Shown one piece after another: positions 24,737 through 37,620 of a stretch of DNA of 64,000 nucleotides (position 1 is the stretch's first letter; the number at the start of each line of letters is the position of its first letter). Both the position numbers and the translations under genes were made by a program. The notes under the pieces are model-generated. The model was not told the DNA's origin and ran no database searches. It saw only the letters and a list, made by a program, of their open reading frames with translations. This DNA is from Octopus sinensis (Eukaryota). Location: NCBI RefSeq assembly GCF_006345805.1, contig NC_042999.1:93496001-93560000 (forward strand), given 5' to 3'.

Positions 24737-25989
24737 TTAGGTTGGCAACTAAGTTCCCACCGTTTTAAATTTAAATTCTTTAAAAGGTTTAATAAAAAGT
24801 AACAACTAATTAATCAATAATATATCCACCCTTGTTGTTTACAACTTCTTCCCAGCGTTCAACAAGATTTTCGATACCTCGTTCGAAGAAATCACCCGAT
24901 TTCGACTCGAAAAATTGATCCAACTAAGCTCTCAGTTCTGCATCAGTATTGAGCGAAACTCCGGGCATAGTATTTGAAAGAGATCGAAAGATGCTGAAAT
25001 CCGTTGGTACCAAATCAGGAGAGTACGGCAGGTGTGGCAGCACTTCCCAGCCATGTTTTGGAATGGCTTCTTTGGTTACATTGTTAATATGAAGGCGGGC
25101 TTTGCTCTGCAGCAGAACTCCATACTGACGATTAGGTCTTTTCTCTTGAATGGCCGTGTTGTGTCTTTCCATCTGTTGAACATAGAGTTCCACGTTGACC
25201 ATTTGGTTCCTTTCAAGCAATTCGTAATCTCTTCCCAGTCCCATCATACGCACAACATCGTTTCACGCGGATGTAGATCTTGTTTCACACGCGGTGTCGC
25301 TTGTTTACTGGGGATACGCCATTCCTTACGCTGCTTCATATTGATGTACAGTCACCATTTTTCGTCGCCATTAATGATTCGGTAAAGAAATCGTTGCTTG
25401 TGCCCGTGAGTTGAGCGGCGACGAACAAGCAAACCAGTGGAGATTGTGTCTCGTTGATTTTTGTTGTTGTCACTTAAAGCATACGGAACCCATGTTTCAT
25501 ACTTCTGAACCTTTCCCATCGAGTGAATTTGCTTCTCTATAGCATCCATTTTGTCTGCCAGTTCCCTTGTCGTTTGGCGAGAATTTTCCTGCAAAAGTTG
25601 GTTTAATCGCTGTTCATCGAACTCAACTGGCCGGCCAGAACGAGGTTCATTTTTTAGGTAAAAATTTCCATTTTTGAACTTGATGTACTAATCATGAGCG
25701 GTTCTTTCAGCTATGTCATCCTCTCCATACATAGTACAAATGTTGCGAGCAGCTTTTACCGCCTTAGAAACTTGATTAAAAGCAAAAAGAAGGTGTCGAA
25801 AATCTTGTCTTGACATTCCATTTTAATGATCTGAAAATAAACAAAAATTAACTAAAATTAACTAGAAAAAAAACCCCAAAATGATTCAAAAATAGAATTC
25901 TTGAAAAAAAACAAAATAGATTCCAGAATTTCGAAACGCAATAAATTCCAACATTTGAAAAAACGACGGGAACCTAGTTGACAACCCAA
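24737..25989 (-). mobile_element. Full-length mariner (Mos1/Hsmar1-like) DNA transposon
   Basis: ~30-bp TIRs (TTAGGTTGGCAACTAAGTTCCCACCGTTTT versus its diverged reverse complement at 25960-25989) with TA flanks, 1253 bp long. Confidence 0.92.
24810..25821 (-). pseudogene. Mariner transposase pseudogene
   Basis: MECQ..., ENSRQTTRELA, WVPYAL, RIINGDEKW, WEVLPHLPYSPDLVPTDF, ending YIID*. Frameshifted. Confidence 0.9.
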
Positions 25990-26572
25990 TATATAAGTTG
26001 TTGAGTGTGGATTTAATGTATGATTTCTTACTGTATGAATTGGAGCTCTACGTATAACTGAGTTTCATCGGAACTAATAATTTATACTATCTTTTCTCTT
26101 AGTTTTCCAAAGTATATATATATATATATATATATCACAGTTTGGGGGAACTTCATTTACATGATGCCTGTGTTACATCCTATACCTTTTACAGTCTTCA
26201 CAAAGCAATGACCAGAGGTCATAATGTCGGCATGTTGTCACTATGTGAATAATCATTATATAGACAACTCTTTTCCAATACTCACATAGATTCCAGTTCT
26301 CCATTTCAGCTAACATTTTCTCAACTATAACTTTAATCTTAATGCTCTCAAACGGCGTTGACTGTTCACCAGTACATCAAACTGTCCCTGAAAGAAAAAA
26401 AATGATAAAACAGAAAAGTCGTCAAATTTAACCCGAACCTTCTATGTGTGTGTGTATATGTGTGTATGGTATTTGTGTGTAGGTGTTTTTGCATATATAT
26501 GCGTATGGGCATGCATGTTCCTAGGGATCTGTACGTGCAAGTAAGAGTCTGGATGTGTGCATGTGCGTGTCT

Positions 26573-26623
<51 letters not shown>

Positions 26624-27984
26624 TCTGTCAATGTATGTGTGTGTGCTTCTAAGCAGTGTAATCGGCTGCCGAAAAGTAATGCTCTTGTAACGAAGTACAC
26701 CAAATTATTGATGTCACCTGAAAAGGACTGAAGCTGGATGGGTCGATTTAAAACCTAAAAACAACGACGTTATTGTTCACAAACTGCGAAACAAATTGGA
26801 TAAATATAAATAACTAAATAACAATTACGTTATAATATTCTGAACCGTATTTAGTTCATTCAATTAGAAGTACTTTAAGTTGTTTTAACGAAGTTATATG
26901 AATATAATAGTCATGTAATTTTATATAATATGTTGGTCATTTTTGTCTCTTTTTGGCTTCATAAGTACTTTGCTTAGTACAAATAATCTATTTTCAATAA
27001 ATACGAGCCAGCGATTCTTGGCCGGCTTGGTTGGCTGTGAAATTATTGATTTTGTTAGATGGCCAGATACAATGGAATGTTCTCCAAAATTCACAACCTG
27101 TTTGTTACTACAAGTTAAGATATGCTTCACAAAAGGTAATAATATAATAATTGTTTGTAAAAGAAATAAATTATGTTATAAGCATTCGTATAATTAGAAC
27201 AACTCACCCTAGTGACGAAAGTGGCTTTTATATATATCTGATACAATTAGTTTTCTCTTTCTTTTGGACTTAGTAATTTTGGGAGCCCATAATAGAGATT
27301 TGGCAATCATGCCTGAGCTATAAAACGAAAAACTTTTAAAGTTTACTTTCTGATCATAACCTTTCCTCTCTGAAAGTATTTATCAATCCGTCTCTAACGC
27401 TGTCGTTCTTTAGCCTTATGATATTATATAATGTTTCTGTGAGTGTATGTAGCTACCTCTGTCTACGTATCGATGTGTACATATATGCATGTATGTATGT
27501 ATGTATGTATGTATGTATCACCCTCCTACCCACTTTCTTTTTCTTTCTCTCTCCCTCTCTCAGCCTACACACACACACGCACACATACACACACACACAT
27601 TTTATGATCCAATATCCTTAAGAGGTCAATTAAGTCTTGTTTTCGTTCATGTTATATAGGTTTGTTATGTGTCTAGTAGCAATGCGCATGGATAATTTTA
27701 ACTTGGCAATAGCTAAACATTGGAAAGCGTACCACTGTGGTTAAGCCGCAGAAGTGAACAGAAATCAGGTTAGTACCATTATTTATTTAATTCAAATTTG
27801 GATTAGATCTCAGAAATTACAGAAAGTGAACATTGAATAAATGTCGCTGGATATTGCTTTTTATTAATAAAATATCACGTACATACATACGTACATATTT
27901 ACATAGATACATAGCATACATACAAACATATTTATCGAATAATCTCTCTGCTACCCTCGCTCTCAACCTATCCAACTCTCTCTC

Positions 27985-28250
27985 TCGTGACAGAGTTGTA
28001 AGAAGTTTGTGTCCTAATCACATGGCTCCGCGTTCAATCCCGCTACAGGCTACATGACACCTTGGGTGCATTTCTTCTACTATAGCCTGGGGCCGACCAT
28101 AGCCTTGTGAGGGATTTGCTAAATGGATACTGAAAGAAGTCTGTCGTATATGTGTCTCTTTCTGTCCCCCCCCCCCTGCCGCCGCTTGGCAATCAGCGTT
28201 GGTGTGTTAACGTCCAGATAACTTAGATGTTCGGCCAAAGTTACTGGTAC
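27985..28250 (+). mobile_element. SINE family B, degenerate and 3'-truncated
   Basis: Head homologous to 2493-2653, continuing into GTTGGTGTGTTAACGTCC...TAACTTAG..GTTCGGC as in 1470-1520 (-). Confidence 0.7.
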
Positions 28251-28494
28251 GTAAAAAGATATCAACAGAAGTTATCAAACGATGGTGTGGGATAAACAGA
28301 GATACAAAGTCATGCACACATAGATCTAACTCTCCAGAAACCGACTGAAGAGGAAATCTGCAGCGAATGGTCCGTGTATCTTGTTTGTGTTCTGCTTGTC
28401 TTTTCTTATGTTTCTATCTATATTCCGTATGTTGTGTTTTGTTTGATTTCCTTTTATTATTTACTTTTTGCCATATCTATATCTATATATATAT

Positions 28495-28541
<47 letters not shown>

Positions 28542-28569
28542 TATATATATATATATATATATATATAGA

Positions 28570-28580
28570 TAGATAGATAG

Positions 28581-28654
<74 letters not shown>
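28570..28654. repeat. (GATA)n microsatellite preceded by (TA)n
   Basis: Direct reading of the sequence. Confidence 0.95.
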
Positions 28655-28655
<1 letters not shown>

Positions 28656-28800
28656 TGGGATTCTTTCAGTTTCCGTCTACGAAATCCATTCAAAGTCTGT
28701 GGTCGGCCTGAGGCTATAGTTGCCCAAGCTACCATGCAATGAGAATGGACCATGGACTATATAGTTGGGAAGCAAGCCTCTTATCACACAGCCACGCCTG
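28656..28800 (-). mobile_element. SINE family B head
   Basis: TTCTTTCAGTTTCCGTCTAC...GAGGCTATAG...TTGCCCAAG...CACACAGCCACGCCTGC. Confidence 0.75.
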
Positions 28801-28816
28801 CTTGCTTATGTGTATA

Positions 28817-29690
28817 TACTCTTCTACTCTTTTACTCGTTTCAGCCATTCGTCTGCAGTCATACTGGAGCACCACCGTGGTCTTTCTGATTTCCTTAGTC
28901 TGTGGAGTTTCACATGATCACTCCTGTATGTGCATTTGTCCCAACTGATGGCCCATTTGGTACATAAAGGAGTTTTGATTCCGCTTCCCTCGCCTGCACC
29001 TCATGTGAGTCTGTTGGTTTATCGGGTATTGTTGAGAGGAGGATGTCTAACTCCTTTTTGAAGACATACTTTCACCTTGTGCAGATTTCTTAATTTTTGT
29101 GGTAGGGCATTGAAGAGCTGGGGCCCTTTCAACCCGAGACTGTTACAGAGCCAGAACCAAGTCCTGAATTTAGATGGAGTAGTACCTAATCCTAACTTTG
29201 GTACAACATAATGGCGGCTATTTCTGGTATTTGTATAACACTCAATGCCAAAATTTGGTACTAGGCCTTATAGAGTTTCCCCTATGTAGACTATTAAATA
29301 TCTGTCGCACTTTCGCTCCAGGGAATAAAGTTGCAGTTTTCTCAGTCTATCCCTGGAACACATCCAATGCACTGTTTCAATCTTTTTAGTGTAGTGGCGT
29401 TACACTTTTCAAGCTCCGCTGGTAGCTTAGCACTATATGGTGACCATAACTGGGAGCAGTAGTCCAGGCGTCTGAGAGAAAAGGTTCTTCACAGAGTCAA
29501 CATAGTTTCTTGGCCTCTTTATTTGAAGGACTTCAGTATCCATCATACCGGTTGTCTGCTGAATCTCTGTAATATGCATATAAAATGATGCGTCATTGCA
29601 CATACTGATCACCACCTGTGACTTTGGGATTGTAGTGACTTCGAGTCCTGTATATGTAGGCAGTAGTGCATTCATGAGTTGATACTGCAA
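28817..29690 (-). mobile_element. 5'-truncated CR1-type LINE (post-RT C-terminus and 3' tail)
   Basis: Remnants DASFYMHI, LDYCSQLWSPY, LQLYSLER, GPQLFNALP, FKKELDILLSTIPDKP; the tail ends in (AAGAGTA)n. Confidence 0.75.
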
Positions 29691-29836
29691 TGCTTGGAAT
29701 TTTCTAGCAGTAAACTGTATGATTTTTTTTTATTTCGCCGTACTTAAATAAAACACACGCATTATATATATTTTTTGTTTCTTCACACCTTTATTACTGA
29801 TATTTTATTATTTTTATTATTTTGACGCTTGTCTAT

Positions 29837-29882
29837 TGTCCGGAAATCTTTCGTCACACACCTGTGACCTCTTCAGCGACAC
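29837..29882 (-). ncRNA. Type I hammerhead ribozyme motif
   Basis: GUGUCG-CUGAAGA-G-GUCAC AGGUGU GUGAC-GAAA-GAU-UUC-CGGACA. Intact core, 5-bp stem II, UUC triplet, one bulge in stem I. Confidence 0.7.
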
Positions 29883-31384
29883 TTTTCATTTCCGTACGTG
29901 TTCTTGCTCCACTTATTCCATTTTGTTCTTCTAAGATATGTATCTTCATGTGCGCATGTTTGTGTCATTGTTTGTTTGTCTGTGTGGGGGTGGGGCGTGT
30001 GCGTGTATGTGTGTGTGTATGCTTCTGTGAGTGTCAGAGATTTTAGCAGCCATGTGGCCCTCCCCTCAGCCCAACTTCACACCCCATTGTGCTGCTGCTG
30101 TCCTAAGACCCAAGAAAACGAAAGAAAAAAGGTAATATGTGAAGGTACAGTTCGTGTATTTCTCTGTGTATGTGTGTTCGTTCGTGGTGTTGCTACCCAT
30201 TACTTTCATTCGTAGATTAGCCTTACGTAATGGCCTGATGCTCCTATAATATCCCTGATCTGCAATACCTATCCCTTTGATATGTCCCTCTGTACGGAGC
30301 ACATGTGTGTTATGTCTAGGATGAACTCATAGGTTAACTGTAAGTTTATGAATGTAGTGTATAGCTTTCGATGTACTGAGGGACGGTCCAGACGCATGAC
30401 AACTACCTACAAAGGAAAGACTGCACGCAGCATAGGAGAGTGGATAGGTGACATTGGCAAGAGTTCAAAGAAGGGAAAAGCTCGTCAGTGCTCTACCAAG
30501 ATACTCAAGCAGAACATGGAAGCTCGATTAATAACATAGAGATTAAACAACTAACGATAAATAGAAACACGACACTTAGACAGATTATAGAAGCCACAGA
30601 CCTAACAGTAAACAAACCGAGACTCAATAGAAAACAGGACTTGGACAGTAACACCCATCCACCCACCCACCACACCACATCACTAAAGACAGTAGAGATG
30701 TGAAGAGAGGGGGAAATGGAAGAAAAACTCGTAAATAATACATAGTTGCATACAGAGTAATACACACAATAGGCATATATACTCTTACCTGGGATACGTA
30801 TGAGAAATAGAGATGCATAAAAAATAGATAGATAAGTAAAATTCTAAATAGATAAATATACGAATATATAAATATATCTGCCACATACCTGTGATAAATG
30901 TAAGACAGAGATATATAAGATAAATAAATAAAACTATAAAAATGGCATGGATGCATACGAAGCGAATCCATGCACACAAACATAAGCACACATAAAACCT
31001 CCTGGATGGCCGTATGCATTCAACAACACAACTAACGCAGTCACCACCAGCAGCGATGCTGACGATTCAAATAACAACAAGAGCAACTACCACGATGGCA
31101 ACGCTGTGGACGAACATACATACACAGAGGAATACAGGAACTATTCATTCCCTTTCTTCTTTTTCCTTTTTTTCTTCTCGTGTCTTAGGACAGCAGCACA
31201 ATGGGGTGATAGGTAGGGGTTGAGTAGGACACACGGCTGCTAAAATCTCTGACACGCACACAGGCATACACACACATCACACACGCACGCACACACACAC
31301 AAGGACAAATGCATGCGCACATGCAGTTACACATCTTAGAAGAACAGTCTAGAGTGGTACAAGAACACACACGGAAAGGAAAAT

Positions 31385-31431
31385 TTGTCCCTGAAGCGGT
31401 TAAAGATGTGTGACGAAAAATTTTCGGACAA
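31385..31431 (+). ncRNA. Hammerhead motif, sister of 29837-29882, with A9>C
   Basis: UUGUCC-CUGAAGC-G-GUUA..UGAC-GAAAAAUUUUC-GGACAA. Perfect 6-bp stem I. Confidence 0.6.
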
Positions 31432-32038
31432 GGGACAGGCGTCAAAATAATAAGAATAATAACTTAACAATAATAAACGAGTGAAGAAAAAAATATAGTG
31501 CAAATATAAAAGAAATAAATAACAGGACAATCCCGAAATACAACAATATATATAGATATATGTGTATTAGCTTTTCGCTATGTATCTCCTATGATAAAAG
31601 GCAGATTTTCTTTGCCTCATACCATGTTTGTTTTTAATACAATTGTACAATATACAATTTATTCAATTGGAATTTACCTATGATTTTTCGAAGTAGATTC
31701 ATGGCATATCATTTTTTTTCAATTTGACCCCCAATTAAGCAAAAATTAGATCAAACTCAATATTTTACGATTTGCCTCTCTCATTTCAAATGCTTCACTC
31801 TTTCTATTACCACTCTTTCTGCTACTCTCTCTTTGCAAGTGTACACACACATAGACACGCAAACATATACATATACGATTGCCTCTCTTATTTCAAATGC
31901 TTTCCTCCGTCTATTACCACACTTTCTCCTACTTTCTCTTTGCAAGCGGGTAAACAGATACACGTGCATTTTTTTTCGGGAAGTCCTTTTGAAGTTGGTG
32001 TGCATCGGAAGCATTGATGTACATGTGTACGTGCGTGA

Positions 32039-32073
<35 letters not shown>

Positions 32074-32344
32074 ATGGGTTGTGCGACACAGAAAGTGTGG
32101 TGTGTAAGTGAAGTGCTTTTGTTAGTGTGTGTAAAGAGACAGAGAGAGTAATGTTGTGCTGTGTGTGTATGTGTGAAAGACAGAGATAACTGAACCTTTT
32201 TTATTCACTTTTTGTAGTGAGTGACTGAGAGAGAGAAGAAAAGAGAGGTTATGTATGTATATATATATATGTATGGCTTCAGTGACACACACACAAAAAC
32301 ACATACCTACGTACACCTAAAGCACGCACACGCACACACAAACG

Positions 32345-32385
32345 GAGCGCGAACTTCGAAAGAACTTCGCGCTCTATCTATCTAG
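32345..32385 (+). mobile_element. Helitron-like 3' terminus
   Basis: Hairpin GAGCGCGAA...TTCGCGCTC followed 7 nt later by CTAG|T. 5' end not located. A ~73-bp tandem duplication lies upstream at ~31766 and ~31874. Confidence 0.5.
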
Positions 32386-32808
32386 TTTGCCATTTCTCAC
32401 ACACACATACACACGCAAACATACAATATATGACAGTGACAAACACAAACGTTTCAAACAACTACATACAAACACTCAAACACACACACACACACGTGTG
32501 TTTGTTATTAGTAAAAAAAGGCGACAAATACAATTCACTATCTCATTCGAACACATTTGCAAACACACACCGACGGTCGAATTGCCATAACTCAACAGAA
32601 AAGGTAAATTGTTATTTAATTTACTTTCTGTCGCTAAATTTTGGTAGTATTAATTGGCGAGCGTACTTCAGTTGTCAATTGTTGAAAGAAAGAAATTGTA
32701 AGCTAAGAAGGTGTGTGTGTGTATGTGCGCGTGTGTGTGTGTGTGTCTGTGTGTGTGTGTGTGTGAGTGTGTGTGTGTGTATGTATGTGTATTAATGTGT
32801 GTGTGTTA

Positions 32809-33107
32809 TCTCTCTCGATATAAAGCTGAAGTTGTCTGTGTTGCTCTTCCTTCCGTAGAAGATAAAATTCAAATCGGACCATGTTAACACCAACAATTAT
32901 TTCCATCAAAAAGCTGCTTTTTTCTATGAAAATCCCTATTTTTTACCATTTTTTCACTGCTGTGTCGCCACTTTTCGGTGTATTTCAACCAGAAAAATGT
33001 TCACTTGAACACAATAACATGCTACATGATGCAAAAGTTTTACTTTTCAAAAATTCCAATTCCAGCGGGTCGAAACAAACCCGAGCAACGCCGGGCGATA
33101 CTGCTAG
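32809..33107 (+). mobile_element. Non-autonomous mini-Helitron (299 bp)
   Basis: A|TC 5' start, subterminal hairpin CCCGAGCAACGCCGGG (33080-95), CTAG|T 3' end, no TSD. Confidence 0.75.
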
Positions 33108-34335
33108 TGATATATACTCCTTCCACACATTCTTTTGTTAATGATACAATTCTTTTGCTGACTGCTCTTACGCATATGAATCTCGCACTGATTCCCATCT
33201 GTGATATGAACTGGTACTAGAAACTATGTTCAAAATATTTCATAGTCTTTAAACTATTCTGTTTTCGTAGTCGCTGGGAATTATGGCTCACTTTGTCATT
33301 ACATGGTTGACTTCTTTAGGTAATTATTATATTCTATTACTGATTACTACAAGTAATAATGTTCGTGGAATAAATCTAATAAGTGATGTCTACTGCTCTT
33401 TAGTGAGACCAATATTCTAGGTAATTTAGAGTGATGAACTTGTGACGTTACTGTATATGGTTTACGAGAGTGAGAAAATTCAATACAGCTGTACAGTATA
33501 TAAGTTTTTAAGATAATATATTTTAATAAATCTTCTATTGCGGCACTGATATAATTACCTGCCTTGAGCTACATAAATATCCTTAGGTAACTGTTTTCAA
33601 AATGATCTGTGCTATGTGCCCCGCAAATCATAAGTTCTCTAAGAATATATCGTCGTTCAAGGAAACAGAGCGTAATTGAAGAACATGTCAAAGCTTATAA
33701 CGCAATTGGAAATATAAGTCTAGTGAAAATATAAGTTTGCATATGCAACTCAAATTTGTAGAATGTACACTATTAATGTTGGAGGGCAAGATGCCTAAAA
33801 TATAAGTAAGTGGTATTTTACATTAAAATGAATAAAAACAATCATAAGTATGTAAGTGTGTGTATATGTATATATATTCATGTCAAGTTAAATACAAAAC
33901 CAATTCAGAATTAATTTGAAGGGTTCATCCATTAAATGATTCCAGCATTTATTCCCCTAACTGCGCCAAGCACCATAACATTATGTCTTAACCAAGTAGG
34001 TCCGTGCTTCCGGTTATATTAAATACTTGTTTTCTCAAGAGTTTTTTGTAAACAATTTTTTGAGTTTGCTTTGTGAACCAAGATGGGACCCAATTATATA
34101 AATCTCTTTGTAGGACACAATGAAAATCAAATATTTATCCAATTCCTGGAACCTATCTTAATTTTCCATCCATCCTACACTTAACTGCATCTCCATATTT
34201 TCATTTTGAAACTCAATTTACAATAATTGTCTTATTTTGCACACATTCGCGTAAATAAAATTATATATGCGTGTATTTGTGTGCATGAGTGTGTATATGT
34301 ATACACACATATAGAATATATACACTCACACTCAT

Positions 34336-34377
<42 letters not shown>

Positions 34378-36371
34378 AATATGTATATTACATGTGTGTG
34401 TGTTTGTGTACATATACGTACATATTGGGAAAAATAAATTTCGTTTCGCACATATACAGAACTAACTGGAAGACGGAAACGCATCCATCGTGTATTTATG
34501 ATGATTAATTTGTCTTACCAATAATTCACATATCATTGACATATTCTTATAGGAAAAACCATAACACGGTAGTTACCGTGAGAGAAACTCCCATATTGAC
34601 TTTTGGAGCAAAATGCCCTTGTTTATATCGTTTGCGGGGAAATAAATTCCCGCACCTTCCAGCAATGAGACTACGAAATCACGTGATTTCGAACTTATTT
34701 GGTCTTGTCAATGATGGACGCTCGATCACTTCAGCAGCAGTGATTTATCATCACGCCAGCAATTTATAGTCAGTGCCAGAGCAGTGTCAGCCAATAGGGA
34801 ACGGTCTCTCTGTTTCTATAGTTTGTTTTAATAGAATATCCGCGCTTAGGTAGTGATAAATATTACCTCTCGGTATTAATATTGCCTCTGTTGCTAATAT
34901 ATATTTCTTTTCTTAGTATAAGAACATACTGCTATATATTATGTTGTTTATAAGTAAAATCAATACCTTGGAATACAGGCGGAATTTTCATTTTGAGTAA
35001 GAACAAATAGAGGTTAAGTATTTCTTTCATTGTACCAGCATGAGTACGTAGTAAGTTTTCGGTACAGAATTGGAAATTTCGATGTTTGTATATAATCCAA
35101 GGGGGTTATGTCTGGGTCAGCTCTCTTTGAAAAGAGTGGCAAAACAAAATGCATACAGTTATACATGTTACCGGAAAATCAAATTATAAATAGCCTGTTG
35201 AATAAGAGAACGCTGGTTGTGAAAAAACACAATCATCAATGAAAATTCGCTTGACAAATAAAAATGTGAGACTGTCACAATTGAATATGAAATTTGGCTC
35301 GATTAATATAAATGTCTTGAATAAACGTGTCTACATTGGATACTGATACAGTAAATCAATAGACTGTGGACAAGTAGCTTAAAGAAAGATGCATTGTTGA
35401 TTCTTAGACATGAATACTTATAAATGATCCCCATTTCATATATACAATGAATAAAGAAGTTTCCTGTTAGTACCATTCATTTATATTTGTTGTCAGATAT
35501 TTTTAGCAGCTCTATGACTGACACTACTTAATTTTAAGAGAAGGTGCACATCCCAACCTTAACAAGCTGAGGTTTAACGTGTATAACAAGGTCTATTCCA
35601 TTTCCAGTGTCTGATAATCACACATTATGATAGATCGATGATTTAAGAGTACATGAAGATATTCGAATAATAGAATGAGTGTCACGATTGAAGATAGAAC
35701 CTTTCTAGATCGTTTGTTTTACTGCAGAAGCTCCTATAGGAGAAGCTTTTTATGTGAGCCATGTTTATTCAGAGACGTTATGTTTATGTACTTATTAGAT
35801 AAATATTTTACAGATTCTAATAAAATATTTAAGCATGTTGTAATGTACAAATGGCATTAGTGTTTTCGTTATACTCGCAATTTGATGAAACAATATACTT
35901 CCAATTCACTATCAATAAATGTATCCTATCTAACCCTGTATTGCTAGTGAGAACTTTCTGTAGACAATACTCACAGTTTTTCTTAGAAAAATGTATCCAT
36001 TAAATACATTATGTATGCATTGTGTATAAGTGTATGATGAACACATATGCGTATACGTATGCGTCAGTACAGATGGAGGAACAGACGCATATACACTCAA
36101 TGTTTCTAAAACATTGATTAAATGTATTAATTAAAATAGTAATTAAAAGTATCATGTTAGAACATTGCTTAAGCAAAAACGTAATTTCATGACTTCGATT
36201 GCATGGAGTTTATGATGTTCATGATAATATTACTTCGGAACCAGATGTGTGAGCAAAAGTATGAGCTTACAACAGTCGTTTCTTACGCATCTTTCACAAA
36301 GGTTTTAAGCGAAATAGTTTTATATTTCGGAAAAAAAAGAAGAAAAAGAAAATTCAGACAGAGGCTATGTG

Positions 36372-36427
<56 letters not shown>

Positions 36428-36874
36428 TCTCCCTGTTTACTTCTTCATGTTCCTCTGTAAATTTCAACTATGCATACATATATATAGATATATATGTGTG
36501 TGTGTGTTTGTCAGGTAATACTGAGTAAGTGCTATGGGTAGACCTTAGTTAAGCTCCAGGTTCGGTGATTATGCGAATACGGAGTCCAACGTAGGTCATA
36601 TATCAGCATGTTATATATAGAAAATTTTGTTTCACAATGTGATAAAAATCTAAGATTTTAGAACATTTATAAATAATAATAAATATATAATAAGCTGTAA
36701 GACCTTCTATTTATGAATGCTTTAAAATCTTCACAGCCTTGGGTTTTTATCTCATTCTGAAAAAAAATTATATATATATATATATATACCAGAATAAGCA
36801 CATAAATGCGAAACAAAGTGGAAAAAATAGTACTCGGATACCGGAGGTAGAGTAATATGCCTTATTTAAAAATT

Positions 36875-36985
36875 AGCAAAATATCACAAAAGTTGTTGCT
36901 CAGATATTCAGAGTTTTGTTTCTAAACTGTCCAACGAACGGGAACGTGACATTCTGAGTAACAGTTTTTGTGATATTTTTGCTGC
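36875..36985. repeat. ~30-bp inverted repeat enclosing a decayed hammerhead relic, between (TA)n tracts
   Basis: AGCAAAATATCACAAAAGTTGTTGCTCAGA versus TCTGAGTAACAGTTTTTGTGATATTTTTGCT. Relic AAACUGU-CCAACGA..GACAU-UCUGAGUA-ACAGUUU at 36924-36967. Confidence 0.55.
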
Positions 36986-37024
36986 TCTTTTCATAAATAA
37001 ATCTATCTGTCCCTCTCTCTCTTT

Positions 37025-37047
37025 CTATGTATATATATATATATTAT

Positions 37048-37129
<82 letters not shown>

Positions 37130-37460
37130 CATACATATATACTTACATATGAGTGTGTTGTGTGTATGTGTATATCTGTGTGTTTGTGTGTGCATGTGTG
37201 TATATGTGCATTTGTTTGTGTGTGTGTGTCAATGTACGCAAAGACAAGTGGAATAAAAATCCCGTAGCTTGGGTTAGCGAGAGGAGGTGAATCCGTTGAG
37301 AACACAATTTTGCTACACATCTTCAACATCCAATACATTGTTTAGGCAGAAGAGAAACGAAGTTAAAGAACGTAAGTTTCTATGCATTTGTACGTATATA
37401 TGTTTGTGTGTATCATATATATACACACATACATATATACATATATATATGTACATATAT

Positions 37461-37559
<99 letters not shown>

Positions 37560-37620
37560 TCATATACATATATATATATATATAGAAATATATATACAAG
37601 TGTGTATGTATGTATAATGA
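37025..37620. repeat. Long (TA)n/(TG)n/(CA)n microsatellite cluster
   Basis: Direct reading. It explains the YI/IY-rich spurious ORFs. Confidence 0.95.

Larger units (their letters stand above)
29775..31495. mobile_element. Penelope-like remnant bounded by ~410-bp diverged inverted repeats (pLTR-like), each with a hammerhead
   Basis: 29775-30195 aligns with the reverse complement of 31090-31495 (clearly homologous, diverged). GIY-YIG remnant NVVYSFRC...YKGKTARSIGE at 30348-30450. Confidence 0.75.

Noticed and set aside
28340-28380. CTGAAGA...CGAATGGTC hammerhead-like string
   Set aside because: GAAAC is incomplete and the stems do not pair.
34674-34691. Perfect 18-bp palindrome CGAAATCACGTGATTTCG with a nearby HHR-like relic
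   Set aside because: The flanking core needs several substitutions and no stem I forms. A short palindrome alone can arise by chance.
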